DNA of 64,000 nucleotides from the NCBI GenBank assembly GCA_934749845.1, contig CAKVHQ010000005.1:17552-81551 (forward strand), read 5' to 3'. Below, piece after piece: positions 27,114-37,364 of the stretch (its first letter is position 1; each line of letters opens with the position of its first letter). Both the position numbers and the translations under genes were made by a program. The stretch is from an uncultured Clostridia bacterium (GTDB lineage Bacteria > Bacillota > Clostridia > Christensenellales > UBA1242). The notes below the pieces were generated by a model. The model ran no database searches, was not told the origin of the DNA, and saw only the letters and a list, made by a program, of their open reading frames with translations.

Positions 27114-28646
27114 ATGCTTTCAAAAGTTAAAAGTTATGGATTAGTTGGACTAGAAGGTTACTTTGTTGATGTTGAAATTGACATAAATAATGGCTTGCCA
27201 GCATTTGATATTGTTGGACTTCCCGATGCGTCGGTTAAAGAGAGTAAAGAAAGAGTTAGAAGTGCGATAAAAAATAGTGGCTACGAGTATCCTATAAACA
27301 AAATAATTGCAAATTTAGCACCCGCAAACACCAAAAAAGAAGGCTCGATTTACGACCTTGCTTTAGCGCTAGGATTACTTACTGCAACCAGTCAAATTCC
27401 TGTTCATTCAGTTGATAATTTCATTATTTTAGGCGAACTTTCACTTGATGGGGGAATAAGAAGAATTGACGGTATTTTGCCAATGATAATTTCGGCAAGA
27501 ACGCAAGGATTTAAAAGGTTTATTATCCCTTACGATAACCGAATGGAAGCAAGTTTTATTGACGGAATAGATATTTATGCATGCAAGAATTTAACTGAAG
27601 TGGTTGATTTTTTGAAGGGCAACGTAAAAGTTGAAAAATTGCAAACAAGCAGTTATGAATCTATCAAGCAACATTCTGTTATGTCCAACGACTTTTGCTA
27701 TGTTAAAGGTCAAAAACAAGCAAAAAGGGCACTTGAAATTGCAGCGGCTGGTGGACATAATGTGATTATGATTGGACCACCGGGAAGCGGTAAAAGTATG
27801 CTAGCAAAGGCCTTTCCTAGCATTTTGCCAGACATGACTTTTGAAGAAGCCTTGGAAGTTACAAAAATTCACTCTGTGGCTGGAAAGTTAGACCACAACA
27901 CAGGAATTATTGTTAACAGACCTTTTAGGGCGCCACATCACACCACAACTTCTGTTGCATTAACAGGCGGTGGCAGTAAGGCAAAACCGGGGGAAATTAG
28001 TTTGGCTCACAATGGTGTTTTGTTTTTGGACGAATTGCCAGAATATCCACGCCAATCGGTTGAAGTTTTGCGTCAACCACTAGAAGATGGAAAAATTACT
28101 GTTGCTAGACTTGTTCAATCGGTTGAGTATCCTGCGTCGTTTACTTTAATTGCAAGTATGAACCCATGTCCATGCGGATTTTATGGTTCAAAAACACATG
28201 AATGTAAATGTTCGGCACACCAAATTCACTCATATTTGACTAAACTTTCCGGACCTATGATGGACAGAATTGACCTTCATGTTGAAGTTGACAGTGTGGA
28301 GTATAAGGACCTTAGAAGCGACACTTTGGAAGAAAGTTCGGCGTCAATAAAAGAAAGAGTGAATAAGGCTAGACAAATTCAAACAGACCGTTTTAAAGGG
28401 TTGAATGTGCATAACAATGCGGAGATGACTTCTGCATTAGTAAAAAAATATTGCAAAGTAGATGACGATTGCGATAGACTTTTAAAATCGGCTTTTGAAA
28501 AGTTTAATTTAACTGCTCGTGCGCATGACAGAATTTTAAAAGTAGCACGAACTATTGCCGATTTAGACGGAAGTGAAAATATTCAACAAGAACACATAAT
28601 CGAAGCAATAAACTACCGCAGTTTAGACAAAAAATTTTGGATTTAA
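27114..28646 (+). CDS. comM: YifB/ComM family Mg-chelatase-like ATPase
   Basis: Lon-like N-domain, Walker A GPPGSGKS, Walker B VLFLDELPE, zinc-ribbon-like CPCG...C.C insertion. Confidence 0.9.
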   Translation: MLSKVKSYGLVGLEGYFVDVEIDINNGLPAFDIVGLPDASVKESKERVRSAIKNSGYEYPINKIIANLAPANTKKEGSIYDLALALGLLTATSQIPVHSVDNFIILGELSLDGGIRRIDGILPMIISARTQGFKRFIIPYDNRMEASFIDGIDIYACKNLTEVVDFLKGNVKVEKLQTSSYESIKQHSVMSNDFCYVKGQKQAKRALEIAAAGGHNVIMIGPPGSGKSMLAKAFPSILPDMTFEEALEVTKIHSVAGKLDHNTGIIVNRPFRAPHHTTTSVALTGGGSKAKPGEISLAHNGVLFLDELPEYPRQSVEVLRQPLEDGKITVARLVQSVEYPASFTLIASMNPCPCGFYGSKTHECKCSAHQIHSYLTKLSGPMMDRIDLHVEVDSVEYKDLRSDTLEESSASIKERVNKARQIQTDRFKGLNVHNNAEMTSALVKKYCKVDDDCDRLLKSAFEKFNLTARAHDRILKVARTIADLDGSENIQQEHIIEAINYRSLDKKFWI

Positions 28647-28655
28647 AGGATTTTT

Positions 28656-29756
28656 ATGAATTACAATTTAGATGAAAAAGCAATTATTTGGATAAATTTT
28701 TTTGAGTTTTTAACATTAGACAAAAAGCATGCAATTTTAGAGTTTTATGAACAACCTCAAGATATTTTTTCATCTTTTAAAAACGATTACATAAATTTTC
28801 AAAAAATATTAACAAAAGAACAATTTGGCAAGATGTGTGAAGCCCTTGATGAAAAATTTATAGACAGCGAAATTGTTAATTATGACAAAGAAAATATCCA
28901 AGTTGTAACCTATGTTTCGCACTATTATCCAAAAGATTTTTTAAATTACAATGAGTACCCTGTGGCACTATATTGCAAGGGCGATGTTAGTTTAATGGAA
29001 ACATATTCAATCGCCGTTGTTGGAACAAGAAAAATAACAAAATATGGTGCTTTTGTAACCGAAAAAATTTGCCGAGAGTTATCTCAAAACGACATTACGA
29101 TTATTAGTGGAATGGCAAGTGGAGTGGACACAGTTGCTCACACAACAGCCTTGAAAAATAATGGCAAAACAATAGCCGTTTTGGGAAGCGGATTTGACCA
29201 TATTTATCCAAAAACCAATTTTGAATTATACAAACAAATTTGTGAAAATGGCTTGGTTATTAGCGAATATACGCCACAAACTTTGCCTGCAACTTATAAT
29301 TTTCCAGTAAGAAATCGTATAATTGCCATGCTTTCCAAAGGAGTTTTAATAACAGAAGCAGGCTTAAAAAGTGGAGCAATCTACACCGTTAACTATGGGT
29401 TAGATTATGGTAAAGAAATTTTTGCCGTACCGGGCAATATTGATAGTTTTTCTAGCATAGGCTGTAACAATGTGTTAAAAAGTTGTCAGTCCGCTTTAAC
29501 CACTTGTGCAGACGATATTTTTAAGGTTTTGCATATTGATAAAAAGTCTCAAAAAGTCAAGAAACAAGTACAAATTTCGCTGGATGAGCAAGCAATTTTA
29601 AATGCTATTGGAAACGATGAACTTTCGTTTGACGAGATTGTTTCTCAAACAAATTACGATACAAAAACCCTTGTTAGATTGTTGACAACTTTGGAGTTAA
29701 GTGGAATAATTAAAAAATCTGCTGGAAACTTTTACTCGAAAATTTTGCAAGATTAA
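28656..29756 (+). CDS. dprA: DNA processing protein DprA (Smf)
   Basis: Rossmann-like DprA core (VVGTRK.T.YG...SGMASGVDT.AH...GSG.D..YP) and a C-terminal winged-helix region. Confidence 0.9.
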   Translation: MNYNLDEKAIIWINFFEFLTLDKKHAILEFYEQPQDIFSSFKNDYINFQKILTKEQFGKMCEALDEKFIDSEIVNYDKENIQVVTYVSHYYPKDFLNYNEYPVALYCKGDVSLMETYSIAVVGTRKITKYGAFVTEKICRELSQNDITIISGMASGVDTVAHTTALKNNGKTIAVLGSGFDHIYPKTNFELYKQICENGLVISEYTPQTLPATYNFPVRNRIIAMLSKGVLITEAGLKSGAIYTVNYGLDYGKEIFAVPGNIDSFSSIGCNNVLKSCQSALTTCADDIFKVLHIDKKSQKVKKQVQISLDEQAILNAIGNDELSFDEIVSQTNYDTKTLVRLLTTLELSGIIKKSAGNFYSKILQD

Positions 29757-29797
29757 ATTTGCAAAAATATGTTAAATAATTGAAATAGGAAGATACA

Positions 29798-31927
29798 ATG
29801 AATTTATTAGTTATTGAAAGTACAGGTAAGGAAGCAACAATAAAAAAATATCTCGGCAGTGACTGGGAAGTTTTTGCAACAAAAGGGCATGTTAGGGATT
29901 TACCAGAAAAAACAATGGGATTGGACCAAAAAAACAATTTTGCTCCACAATATGTGATTATGCCAGATAAAGAGCAAACGGTTAAAAGATTAAAACAAAA
30001 AGCACAAAAAGCCGACCTTGTTTATCTTGCAACCGACCCGGATAGAGAAGGCGAAGCAATTTCATGGCATTTAGCATATATTTTGGGCTACGATAACGAC
30101 AAAATGTGCCGTGTTGAGTTTAACGAAATTACAAAAGATGTTATTTTAAGAGCATTAACAAAGCCAAGAAAAATAAATTTAGACTTGGTTGATGCACAAC
30201 AAACTCGAAGAGTTTTGGACAGATTGGTTGGTTATAAAATCTCTCCAATTTTGTGCAAAAAACTTGGCAAAAATTTAAGTGCAGGTCGTGTTCAAAGCGT
30301 TGCATTAAAATTGGTTGTGGACAGAGAAAGGGATATTTTAAACTTTAAGCCAGAAGAATATTGGACCATTCAAGCCGAACTTGAAAAAGTAGGGGCTAAA
30401 CCAAAGTTTAAGGCACAACTTGCAACTTTTAAAGGTAAAAAATTAAAGATTAAAAATCAAGCCGAAAAAGACGAAATTGTAAAAAATCTTTCTCAAAACT
30501 TTGTTGTTGACAAAGTGGAAAAGAAGGTTAGTTTATCACATGCACCAGCACCATTCACAACAAGTGGAATGCAACAAGATGCATCAAACAAACTTAATTT
30601 TAGCACAGCAATGACAACTAGAATTGCTCAAGAGTTATACGAAGGTGTGGAACTTGGAAACGAAGGCAAAATTGCGTTAGTAACCTATATTAGAACCGAC
30701 TCGGTTAGAGTTAGTGAAGAAGCACAGGCAAAAGCAAAAGTTTTCATTCAAGAAAAGTATGGAAAAGAATTTTTCCCTTCAAAACCAAACATTTATAAAA
30801 CAAAAGGCAATGCACAAGATGCCCACGAAGCAATTAGACCCACTCATTTAGAACGAACACCAGAAAGCATTAAACAATATGTTAAACCAGAATGCTACAA
30901 ACTTTATAAATTGATTTATGAGAGATTTTTGGCAAGCCAAATGTCGCAAGCAGAATACAACCAAGTTAACTGTGAAATTTCAAATGGCGATTACGGCTTT
31001 AAAGCAAGCGGAAAAACTTTGAAATTTGCTGGATACACTGCGGTTTACCAAAACTATGAAGAAAAAGAAGATAAAGACGAAAAAGATGCAAAATTGCCAG
31101 TTCTAGACAGTGGAGATAATTTAAAACTATTAAATTTAATTCCAGAGCAAAAATTCACAAAACCTACTCCAAGATTTACCGAGGCAACCTTGGTTGACCA
31201 AATGGAGAAAAATGGTATTGGCAGACCAGCAACATATGCTGCAATTATTTCTGTTTTGTATAACAGAAAATATGTTGAAAAAGAAGGTAAAGCCCTAAAA
31301 CCAACCGAACTTGGCTTTAATGTTAATGATATGTTGCAAAAATACTTTGCGGACATTATGAATGTCAAGTTCACATCTAACATGGAAACAAAACTTGACG
31401 AAATTGCAGAAGGCGAAAAAGAATGGACGGGTGTTATAAGCAATTTTTATCAAGAACTTTTGCCAGAACTAAGAAATGCTAATTTAGACAGAGATAAAAC
31501 CGAACAAAAGGTTTATGAAGTTAGTGATGTTCCATGCTCGAAGTGTGGGGCAATGATGGTTATTAAAGAAGGAAAATTTGGCAAGTTCCTTGCTTGTCCA
31601 AACTATCCAAAATGCAAAAATATTCAAAGCATAAATCCAGCAAAAATAGTTGGAATATGCCCAAAATGTGGCAAAAATTTGCTTGAAAGAAAAAGCAAAC
31701 GAGGCACAAATTATTATGCTTGCGAGGACTATAAAGATTGCAAGTTTATGTCGTGGGATTTGCCACTTAACGAGCCATGTCCAAAATGTGGTTGCTACAC
31801 CTTGTTAAAAACAAACAAAAAAGGTGTTTTTAAGGGTTGCTCAAATCCAGATTGCGACTATTTTGAAAAGGTTGCAGATGTAAATAAAAGCAGCGAAAAT
31901 TCAACAAACGATGTTGAACCAGCATAA
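29798..31927 (+). CDS. topA: DNA topoisomerase I
   Basis: Toprim (LVIESTGKE, LATDPDREGEAISWH), catalytic YIRTDS Tyr, and three C-terminal C4 zinc ribbons. Confidence 0.97.
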   Translation: MNLLVIESTGKEATIKKYLGSDWEVFATKGHVRDLPEKTMGLDQKNNFAPQYVIMPDKEQTVKRLKQKAQKADLVYLATDPDREGEAISWHLAYILGYDNDKMCRVEFNEITKDVILRALTKPRKINLDLVDAQQTRRVLDRLVGYKISPILCKKLGKNLSAGRVQSVALKLVVDRERDILNFKPEEYWTIQAELEKVGAKPKFKAQLATFKGKKLKIKNQAEKDEIVKNLSQNFVVDKVEKKVSLSHAPAPFTTSGMQQDASNKLNFSTAMTTRIAQELYEGVELGNEGKIALVTYIRTDSVRVSEEAQAKAKVFIQEKYGKEFFPSKPNIYKTKGNAQDAHEAIRPTHLERTPESIKQYVKPECYKLYKLIYERFLASQMSQAEYNQVNCEISNGDYGFKASGKTLKFAGYTAVYQNYEEKEDKDEKDAKLPVLDSGDNLKLLNLIPEQKFTKPTPRFTEATLVDQMEKNGIGRPATYAAIISVLYNRKYVEKEGKALKPTELGFNVNDMLQKYFADIMNVKFTSNMETKLDEIAEGEKEWTGVISNFYQELLPELRNANLDRDKTEQKVYEVSDVPCSKCGAMMVIKEGKFGKFLACPNYPKCKNIQSINPAKIVGICPKCGKNLLERKSKRGTNYYACEDYKDCKFMSWDLPLNEPCPKCGCYTLLKTNKKGVFKGCSNPDCDYFEKVADVNKSSENSTNDVEPA

Positions 31928-31931
31928 ATTT

Positions 31932-31954
31932 AAACGGCATTTTTGCCGTTTTTT
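31932..31954 (+). terminator. Intrinsic terminator after topA
   Basis: ACGGCA-tttt-TGCCGT followed by T6. Confidence 0.75.
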
Positions 31955-31963
31955 GTTTTACTA

Positions 31964-31991
31964 TTGACAAAATCATTTTTTATGCTAAAAT
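31964..31991 (+). promoter_or_regulatory. Strong sigma-A-type promoter of the 2-gene unknown cassette
   Basis: TTGACA (31964-31969), 16 nt, TGcTAAAAT (extended -10, 31983-31991). Confidence 0.6.
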
Positions 31992-32014
31992 AATAGTAAT
32001 TAAGGAGTGTTTTT

Positions 32015-32464
32015 ATGGAACAAATTTATAAGGGCGAAAATATGATTGGTTATGGAAAGAACTATCGCCGTCGCTACTATAGTTTTAAAAATTTAACCGT
32101 TGGAGATTTGCTTGAATTGCTTTTAAGGTCAAAAGTTTGCTCAAAGGAAGATTTGGCTGATATCGATAACGAAATTAAGCCAAGCAAAACTTTGGAAGAA
32201 AGCGAACAATTTAGAAGAGATTTGGCAACAGTTGTGTTGTACTCAACCGAAAACCCAAAACAAGCCGAAGAGTATATTCCACTTTTCAGCACATATTTTA
32301 GACCATACTATGTTGAAATTGAAGCATTCGATAAGAGTTGGAGACAACAAAGAGATTTGCTTGTTATGGAAAGAAAAGTGCCTTTGCCATTAAGAAAAAA
32401 AATGCACAAACTTGCTGACAAAATGCTTCAAGAAGCAAAAAAAGACGAAGAAGAACTTGCATAG
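32015..32464 (+). CDS. Hypothetical protein (149 aa), paralog of the next ORF
   Basis: AAGGAG SD 8 nt upstream. Soluble. Conserved blocks shared with the 32474 ORF. Confidence 0.7.
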   Translation: MEQIYKGENMIGYGKNYRRRYYSFKNLTVGDLLELLLRSKVCSKEDLADIDNEIKPSKTLEESEQFRRDLATVVLYSTENPKQAEEYIPLFSTYFRPYYVEIEAFDKSWRQQRDLLVMERKVPLPLRKKMHKLADKMLQEAKKDEEELA

Positions 32465-32473
32465 GAGTTAAGC

Positions 32474-32905
32474 ATGAAAACAATAATGGTTTTAGAGCAT
32501 CAAGGCGACAAAGTTTTGCGTAAATTTTATCGAATTGATGATATTGCACCCGAAGAAATCGTTGAAATTTTAAGCAAATCAACTTGTTGCACAAGTTATG
32601 CTCTTTTGGGGCAAAAAGACACATTAGTTTCTCATATAAACACAAATTTGGCTGAACGATTTAAAAAAGATTTACTTACAGTTTTAAAAGCAAATTTAAA
32701 TAACTATAGCGTCGTGCAGTCTGCTATGGAAATATATCAAAAATACTTTGAAGCATATCAAATTCGCCACATAATAGGCGAAGAAGAAACCGTAAAAGAT
32801 TGCCTTGTTATAAACGAAAATGTGCCTTTAAATTTAAGAAAAAAAGTTCATAAATTTGCAAAGCAAATAGTCCTATCGAAAACCGAAGAGGAATTAACAG
32901 AATAA
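32474..32905 (+). CDS. Hypothetical protein (143 aa), paralog of the previous ORF
   Basis: AGGAG SD in the 9-nt gap. Shared C-terminal block VPLNLRKKVHKFAKQIV vs VPLPLRKKMHKLADKML. Confidence 0.7.
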   Translation: MKTIMVLEHQGDKVLRKFYRIDDIAPEEIVEILSKSTCCTSYALLGQKDTLVSHINTNLAERFKKDLLTVLKANLNNYSVVQSAMEIYQKYFEAYQIRHIIGEEETVKDCLVINENVPLNLRKKVHKFAKQIVLSKTEEELTE

Positions 32906-32931
32906 TCCACCCATTTTGGTGGATTTTTTTT
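32905..32931 (+). terminator. Intrinsic terminator after the 2-gene cassette
   Basis: ATCCACC-catttt-GGTGGAT followed by T8. Confidence 0.8.
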
Positions 32932-32954
32932 GTTTTTTTGATATACTCGTTGAT

Positions 32955-34259
32955 ATGGAAAAAGAAGTTAATATTATCGGTGCAGGTTTGGCTGGGTGCG
33001 AGTGTGCTTATCAACTTGCAAAACGAGGAATTAAAGTAAAATTATACGAGCAAAAACCAATAAAGTTTTCAAAAGCACATTTAAGTGCCGATTTTGCGGA
33101 GATTGTTTGTTCAAATTCATTAAAAAGTAACGAACTAACTAACGCTTGTGGACTGTTGAAAGAAGAATTAAGACGACTTGATAGTTTAATTATAAAAGTT
33201 GCAGATAAAACCAAAGTGCCTGCGGGTGCTTCGCTTTCTGTTGACAGAGAACTTTTTTCAAAATTAGTAACGCAGGAAATAAAAAACAACAAGAATATAG
33301 AAGTTGTGTATGAAAGTGTGGAAAGCATCGACTTAAGCAAATTAACAGTTGTTGCAACTGGTCCGTTAACCGATGATAAACTGGCTCAAAACTTAGCACA
33401 GTTGGTTGGCGAAAAAAGTTTATACTTTTTTGATGCTGCTTCGCCAATCGTAACGCTTAATTCACTAGATAGTGAAAGGTATTTTGTTGGTAACAGATAC
33501 GATAAAGGCGAAGATAATTCAAGCGGTGACTATATCAACTGCACAATGACAAAAGAAGAATATGATGTGTTTTATAATGAACTTATAAATGCAAAAACAG
33601 TTGAGTTAAAAGATTTTGAAAACAAAAAGGTTTTTGAAGGTTGCATGCCAGTTGAAGTTATGGCAAAAAGGGGTTATAAAACATTACTGTTTGGAATGTT
33701 AAAGCCGGTTGGACTGTTTGATAAAGTTCACAACATGAAGCCTTATGCGGTTTTACAACTACGAAAAGAGAGTAATTTTAACGATTTATATAATCTTGTT
33801 GGCTTTCAAACAAATTTGCTTTTTGGCGAACAAAAACGAGTATTTTCGCTTATTCCTGCTTTAAAAAATGCCGAGTTTGTTAAGTATGGCGTTATGCACA
33901 AAAACACATACTTAAACGCACCAAAAGTGCTTAATGAATTTTATCAACTTAAAAATCATGAAAACATTTTTATAGCAGGTCAGTTATCTGGTGTGGAAGG
34001 CTACGTTGAAAGCACCGCTAGTGGCTTAAATGTTGCATTAAACATTTATCAAATTTTGCAAAATAAAACGCCAAAAAAGTTTTCGCCAAAAACATCAATA
34101 GGCTCGCTTATAAACTACATCACTCACACAAGTGAAGTTAACTTTCAACCTATGAATTCTAATTGGGGAATAATTGAAAAAGAAAACAACAGGCAAGATA
34201 AAAATTTGCTTGCTCAAATTGCACTTAATGAAATAGACGACTATGTGAAAAATTTGTAG
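32955..34259 (+). CDS. trmFO: Methylenetetrahydrofolate--tRNA-(uracil54-C5)-methyltransferase TrmFO
   Basis: MEKEVNIIGAGLAGCECAYQLA FAD-binding N-terminus and the GQLSGVEGYVES motif. The ORF-track start at 32916 lies inside the upstream terminator, so ATG 32955 is preferred. Confidence 0.93.
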   Translation: MEKEVNIIGAGLAGCECAYQLAKRGIKVKLYEQKPIKFSKAHLSADFAEIVCSNSLKSNELTNACGLLKEELRRLDSLIIKVADKTKVPAGASLSVDRELFSKLVTQEIKNNKNIEVVYESVESIDLSKLTVVATGPLTDDKLAQNLAQLVGEKSLYFFDAASPIVTLNSLDSERYFVGNRYDKGEDNSSGDYINCTMTKEEYDVFYNELINAKTVELKDFENKKVFEGCMPVEVMAKRGYKTLLFGMLKPVGLFDKVHNMKPYAVLQLRKESNFNDLYNLVGFQTNLLFGEQKRVFSLIPALKNAEFVKYGVMHKNTYLNAPKVLNEFYQLKNHENIFIAGQLSGVEGYVESTASGLNVALNIYQILQNKTPKKFSPKTSIGSLINYITHTSEVNFQPMNSNWGIIEKENNRQDKNLLAQIALNEIDDYVKNL

Positions 34260-34343
34260 AAAAAAGTTGCATACTGGTTAGTAAATTTTATTAACTTTTT
34301 AAAATATTATGATATAATTAACACGAAAGGAAAAGGAGAAAAT

Positions 34344-34880
34344 ATGGAACAATTTAGAGGTACAACAATAGTTGCTGTAAAAAGAGATGGTAAAACAGCA
34401 GTTGCTGGCGACGGACAAGTTACGATGGGACAAACTGTCATCATGAAAAATAATGCCGTAAAGGTTAGAAGAATATATAACGATAAAGTTGTTATTGGTT
34501 TTGCAGGTGGTGTTGCAGACGCTTTTTCTCTTTCCAGCCGATTTGAAGAAATGCTAAACAAATTTTCTGGAAATTTAATGCGTAGTGCAGTTGAACTTGC
34601 AGTGCAGTTTAGAACAGATGAAATTATGAGAAAGTTGGAAGCACTCATGATAGTTGCCGACCACGAAAACTTGCTTGTTATTAGTGGTAACGGCGAAGTT
34701 ATAACACCAGACAATGGAGTTGTTGCAATCGGCAGTGGTGGAAACTATGCTTTGGCAGCCGCAAATGCTTTGATTGAAAACACCGATTTTTCAGCAAAAG
34801 AAATTGCATTAAAAGCATTAAAAATTGCAGGTGATATTTGCATTTTCACAAATGGTCATATCACAGTTGAGGAGGTTTAG
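34344..34880 (+). CDS. hslV: ATP-dependent protease subunit HslV (ClpQ)
   Basis: N-terminal [11 protein letters not shown] (Thr nucleophile), [17 protein letters not shown]. Confidence 0.95.
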   Translation: MEQFRGTTIVAVKRDGKTAVAGDGQVTMGQTVIMKNNAVKVRRIYNDKVVIGFAGGVADAFSLSSRFEEMLNKFSGNLMRSAVELAVQFRTDEIMRKLEALMIVADHENLLVISGNGEVITPDNGVVAIGSGGNYALAAANALIENTDFSAKEIALKALKIAGDICIFTNGHITVEEV

Positions 34881-34881
34881 T

Positions 34882-36189
34882 ATGAATTTATCACCAAAAC
34901 AAATTGTTGAAGAACTTGATAAGTATATTATAGGTCAAAATGACGCAAAAAAAGCGGTTGCAGTGGCACTACGAAATCGCTACAGGAGAAGTCAACTTTC
35001 CCCAGAACTAATGGAAGATATAACTCCAAAAAACATCATTATGAAAGGCCCTACAGGTGTTGGTAAAACAGAAATTGCAAGAAGGCTTGCAAAACTTGTT
35101 AAAGCACCTTTCGTTAAGGTTGAAGCCACAAAATTCACTGAAGTTGGTTATGTTGGCAGAGATTGCGAAAGCATGATTAGAGATTTGGTTGAAGTTTCTG
35201 TTAGAATGGTTAAAGAAGAAAAGCGTAAGGAAGTTATAAAAAAAGCAGAGCAAATTGCTTACGACCGAATTTTTAAAGAAATTTACTTGCAAAAAAAACA
35301 AGAGAATGTTGAAAATTTAGACCAAGAAAAAGCAAGAATTATGGAAGCCCTAAAAAACGGCGAATACGATAATGAACTTATCGAAATTGATGTTTTAGAT
35401 GCTCCAAAAAGCGTTGAAATGGTTGCTGGCGTTGGAACAGATATAAATCTTGGAAGCATTTTTGAAGGTATTTTCCCTCAAAAGAAAAAACGCCGTAAAA
35501 TTTCCGTTAAAGAAGCAAAGCAACTTATCGTTAATGAAGAAAGCGACAAACTTATTGATAACGACTCCGTTAACAGTGAAGCAATCAAGAGAGCAGAAAA
35601 CGAAGGTATCATTTTTATTGATGAGATTGATAAAATTGCAGCAAAAGGCAATTCAAGCAGTCAAGATGTGTCCCGCGAAGGCGTTCAAAGGGATATTTTG
35701 CCATTTGTTGAAGGAACACAAGTTCAAACCAAGTATGGCATGATTAAAACAGATTATATTTTGTTTATTGCAGCAGGTGCATTTCATGTCGCAAAATTAG
35801 AAGATTTAATTCCAGAATTGCAAGGAAGATTCCCAATAATTGTGGAATTGACAAACTTAACACATGAAGACTTTTTTAGAATTTTAAAAGAGCCAAAAAA
35901 TGCGATAATTAAACAATACAAAAATTTGTTAAAGGTAGATAACATCGACCTTGATTTTAGCGATGATGCGTTAGAAGAAATTGCAAAAATTGCAGAGCAA
36001 GAAAACGAAACAAGTGAAAATATTGGAGCAAGAAGGCTTCACACCATTATGGAGAAGATTTTGCAAGATTTATCCTTTAATGCTAGTGGCGACTATCCAG
36101 AAACAAAAGTGGTTGTTGATAAGGCTTATATTGATAAAATTCTTAATGTTGAAACCAAAAAATATGACCTTAAAAAATATATTTTGTAG
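34882..36189 (+). CDS. hslU: ATP-dependent protease ATPase subunit HslU (ClpY)
   Basis: ATG 34882 follows GAGGAGG. LSPKQIVEELDKYIIGQ, Walker A GPTGVGKTE, Walker B IIFIDEIDK. The ORF-track start at 34825 overlaps hslV. Confidence 0.95.
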   Translation: MNLSPKQIVEELDKYIIGQNDAKKAVAVALRNRYRRSQLSPELMEDITPKNIIMKGPTGVGKTEIARRLAKLVKAPFVKVEATKFTEVGYVGRDCESMIRDLVEVSVRMVKEEKRKEVIKKAEQIAYDRIFKEIYLQKKQENVENLDQEKARIMEALKNGEYDNELIEIDVLDAPKSVEMVAGVGTDINLGSIFEGIFPQKKKRRKISVKEAKQLIVNEESDKLIDNDSVNSEAIKRAENEGIIFIDEIDKIAAKGNSSSQDVSREGVQRDILPFVEGTQVQTKYGMIKTDYILFIAAGAFHVAKLEDLIPELQGRFPIIVELTNLTHEDFFRILKEPKNAIIKQYKNLLKVDNIDLDFSDDALEEIAKIAEQENETSENIGARRLHTIMEKILQDLSFNASGDYPETKVVVDKAYIDKILNVETKKYDLKKYIL

Positions 36190-36224
36190 TTCAACATAGT
36201 TTAAAACTTTTTTGGAGGCGGAAT

Positions 36225-36899
36225 ATGGGAATGAAAGATAGAACAAAATTGATTTTAAAACAAGAAGGAATAGATAAACTTGCTAGTTCCAGCGTAATAA
36301 TTTTTGGCGTTGGTGGTGTTGGCGGTTATGTGTGCGAAATGCTTGCTAGAACAGGCGTAGGCAATATTACTATGGTTGATTTTGACGTTGTTAGCGACAG
36401 CAATTTAAACAGACAAATTGTTGCTTTAAATTCAACTATCGGCGTTGAAAAAGTACTAGTTATGAAAAACAGAATAATGGATATTAACCCAGAGTGTAAT
36501 GTTACAATTAAAATTGAAAAATTAACACCTGAAAATATCGAATCTTTTAATCTTAAAAATTACGATTATGTTGTTGATTGCATCGACATGGTAAAAAGCA
36601 AAATTGCACTAATTGACTATTGCTTCAAACATAACATAAAAATCATCTCTAGCATGGGAACAGGAAACAAAAATGGTATTCCAAATTTCCAAGTTTGTGA
36701 TGTTTTTGAAACTAAATATGACGGGCTTGCAAGAGTGCTTAGAAGAGAACTTAAAAAACTTGGCGTTACACATAGTAATGTTGTTTGCACAAATGAGCAA
36801 TCAATAGGCGGTTTGGAGGCAGTTGGAAGCCTTGTGTACTATCCTGCTATGTGTGGCTGTGTTTTGTCGGCTTATGTTATCAAAAATTTATGTCAATAA
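36225..36899 (+). CDS. tcdA: ThiF/MoeB-family tRNA threonylcarbamoyladenosine dehydratase (TcdA/CsdL-like)
   Basis: Rossmann motif GVGGVGGY, DFDVVSDSNLNRQ, C-terminal SMGTGNK. Collinear by eye with E. coli TcdA. Confidence 0.8.
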   Translation: MGMKDRTKLILKQEGIDKLASSSVIIFGVGGVGGYVCEMLARTGVGNITMVDFDVVSDSNLNRQIVALNSTIGVEKVLVMKNRIMDINPECNVTIKIEKLTPENIESFNLKNYDYVVDCIDMVKSKIALIDYCFKHNIKIISSMGTGNKNGIPNFQVCDVFETKYDGLARVLRRELKKLGVTHSNVVCTNEQSIGGLEAVGSLVYYPAMCGCVLSAYVIKNLCQ

Positions 36900-36946
36900 A
36901 TTTGATAAAAACAAAAAAATAAGGTAAAATAAACCTAGGAGAGATT

Positions 36947-37255
36947 ATGGAAATTTTACAATTTAACGAAAATTCCTTCAAGGAAGCACTCAATTCAAAC
37001 AAAACCGTTTTGGTAGATTTTTTTGCAACTTGGTGTGGACCATGCAAAATGATAGCCCCAATTTTGCAAGAAGTTAGAGATGAAATGGGCGATGACATAA
37101 TTATTGGAAAAGTTGATGTTGATGATAATTTTGATATTGCAAGAAGTTATGGAATAATGAGTGTTCCAACCTTGTTAGTGTTCAAAAATGGAGAGGAAAC
37201 TTTAAGAAGCATAGGTTTCCAACCAAAACAGGCAATTTTAGATATGTTAAAATAG
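36947..37255 (+). CDS. trxA: Thioredoxin
   Basis: 102 aa with the WCGPC active site. Confidence 0.95.
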   Translation: MEILQFNENSFKEALNSNKTVLVDFFATWCGPCKMIAPILQEVRDEMGDDIIIGKVDVDDNFDIARSYGIMSVPTLLVFKNGEETLRSIGFQPKQAILDMLK

Positions 37256-37278
37256 AGCATTTTGGCTCTATTTTTTTT
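37253..37278 (+). terminator. Intrinsic terminator after trxA
   Basis: TAGAGC-attttg-GCTCTA followed by T8. Confidence 0.75.
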
Positions 37279-37312
37279 GCCAAAAAACCGACTATTTTTT
37301 GTTTTTTAGGTA

Positions 37313-37341
37313 TTGACTTATTTTTAATAAAGTGTTAATAT
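37313..37341 (+). promoter_or_regulatory. Sigma-A-type promoter of the nifS/nifU-like pair
   Basis: TTGACT (37313-37318), 17 nt, TAATAT (37336-37341). Confidence 0.55.
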
Positions 37342-37364
37342 TTATGCGAAAATAAGGAGCAGAT

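Noticed and set aside
32916-32954. 5' extensions of ORF-track calls: trmFO 32916, rpsO 17354, hslU 34825, DUF4116 39235, ABC-F 41195, nusA 49823, rbfA 53814, spoIIIAF 60859, spoIIIAG 61436, lon 2582.
   Set aside because: In each case a downstream ATG has a proper SD at 5-14 nt. The extension overlaps an upstream gene, terminator or promoter, so the shorter starts were adopted.
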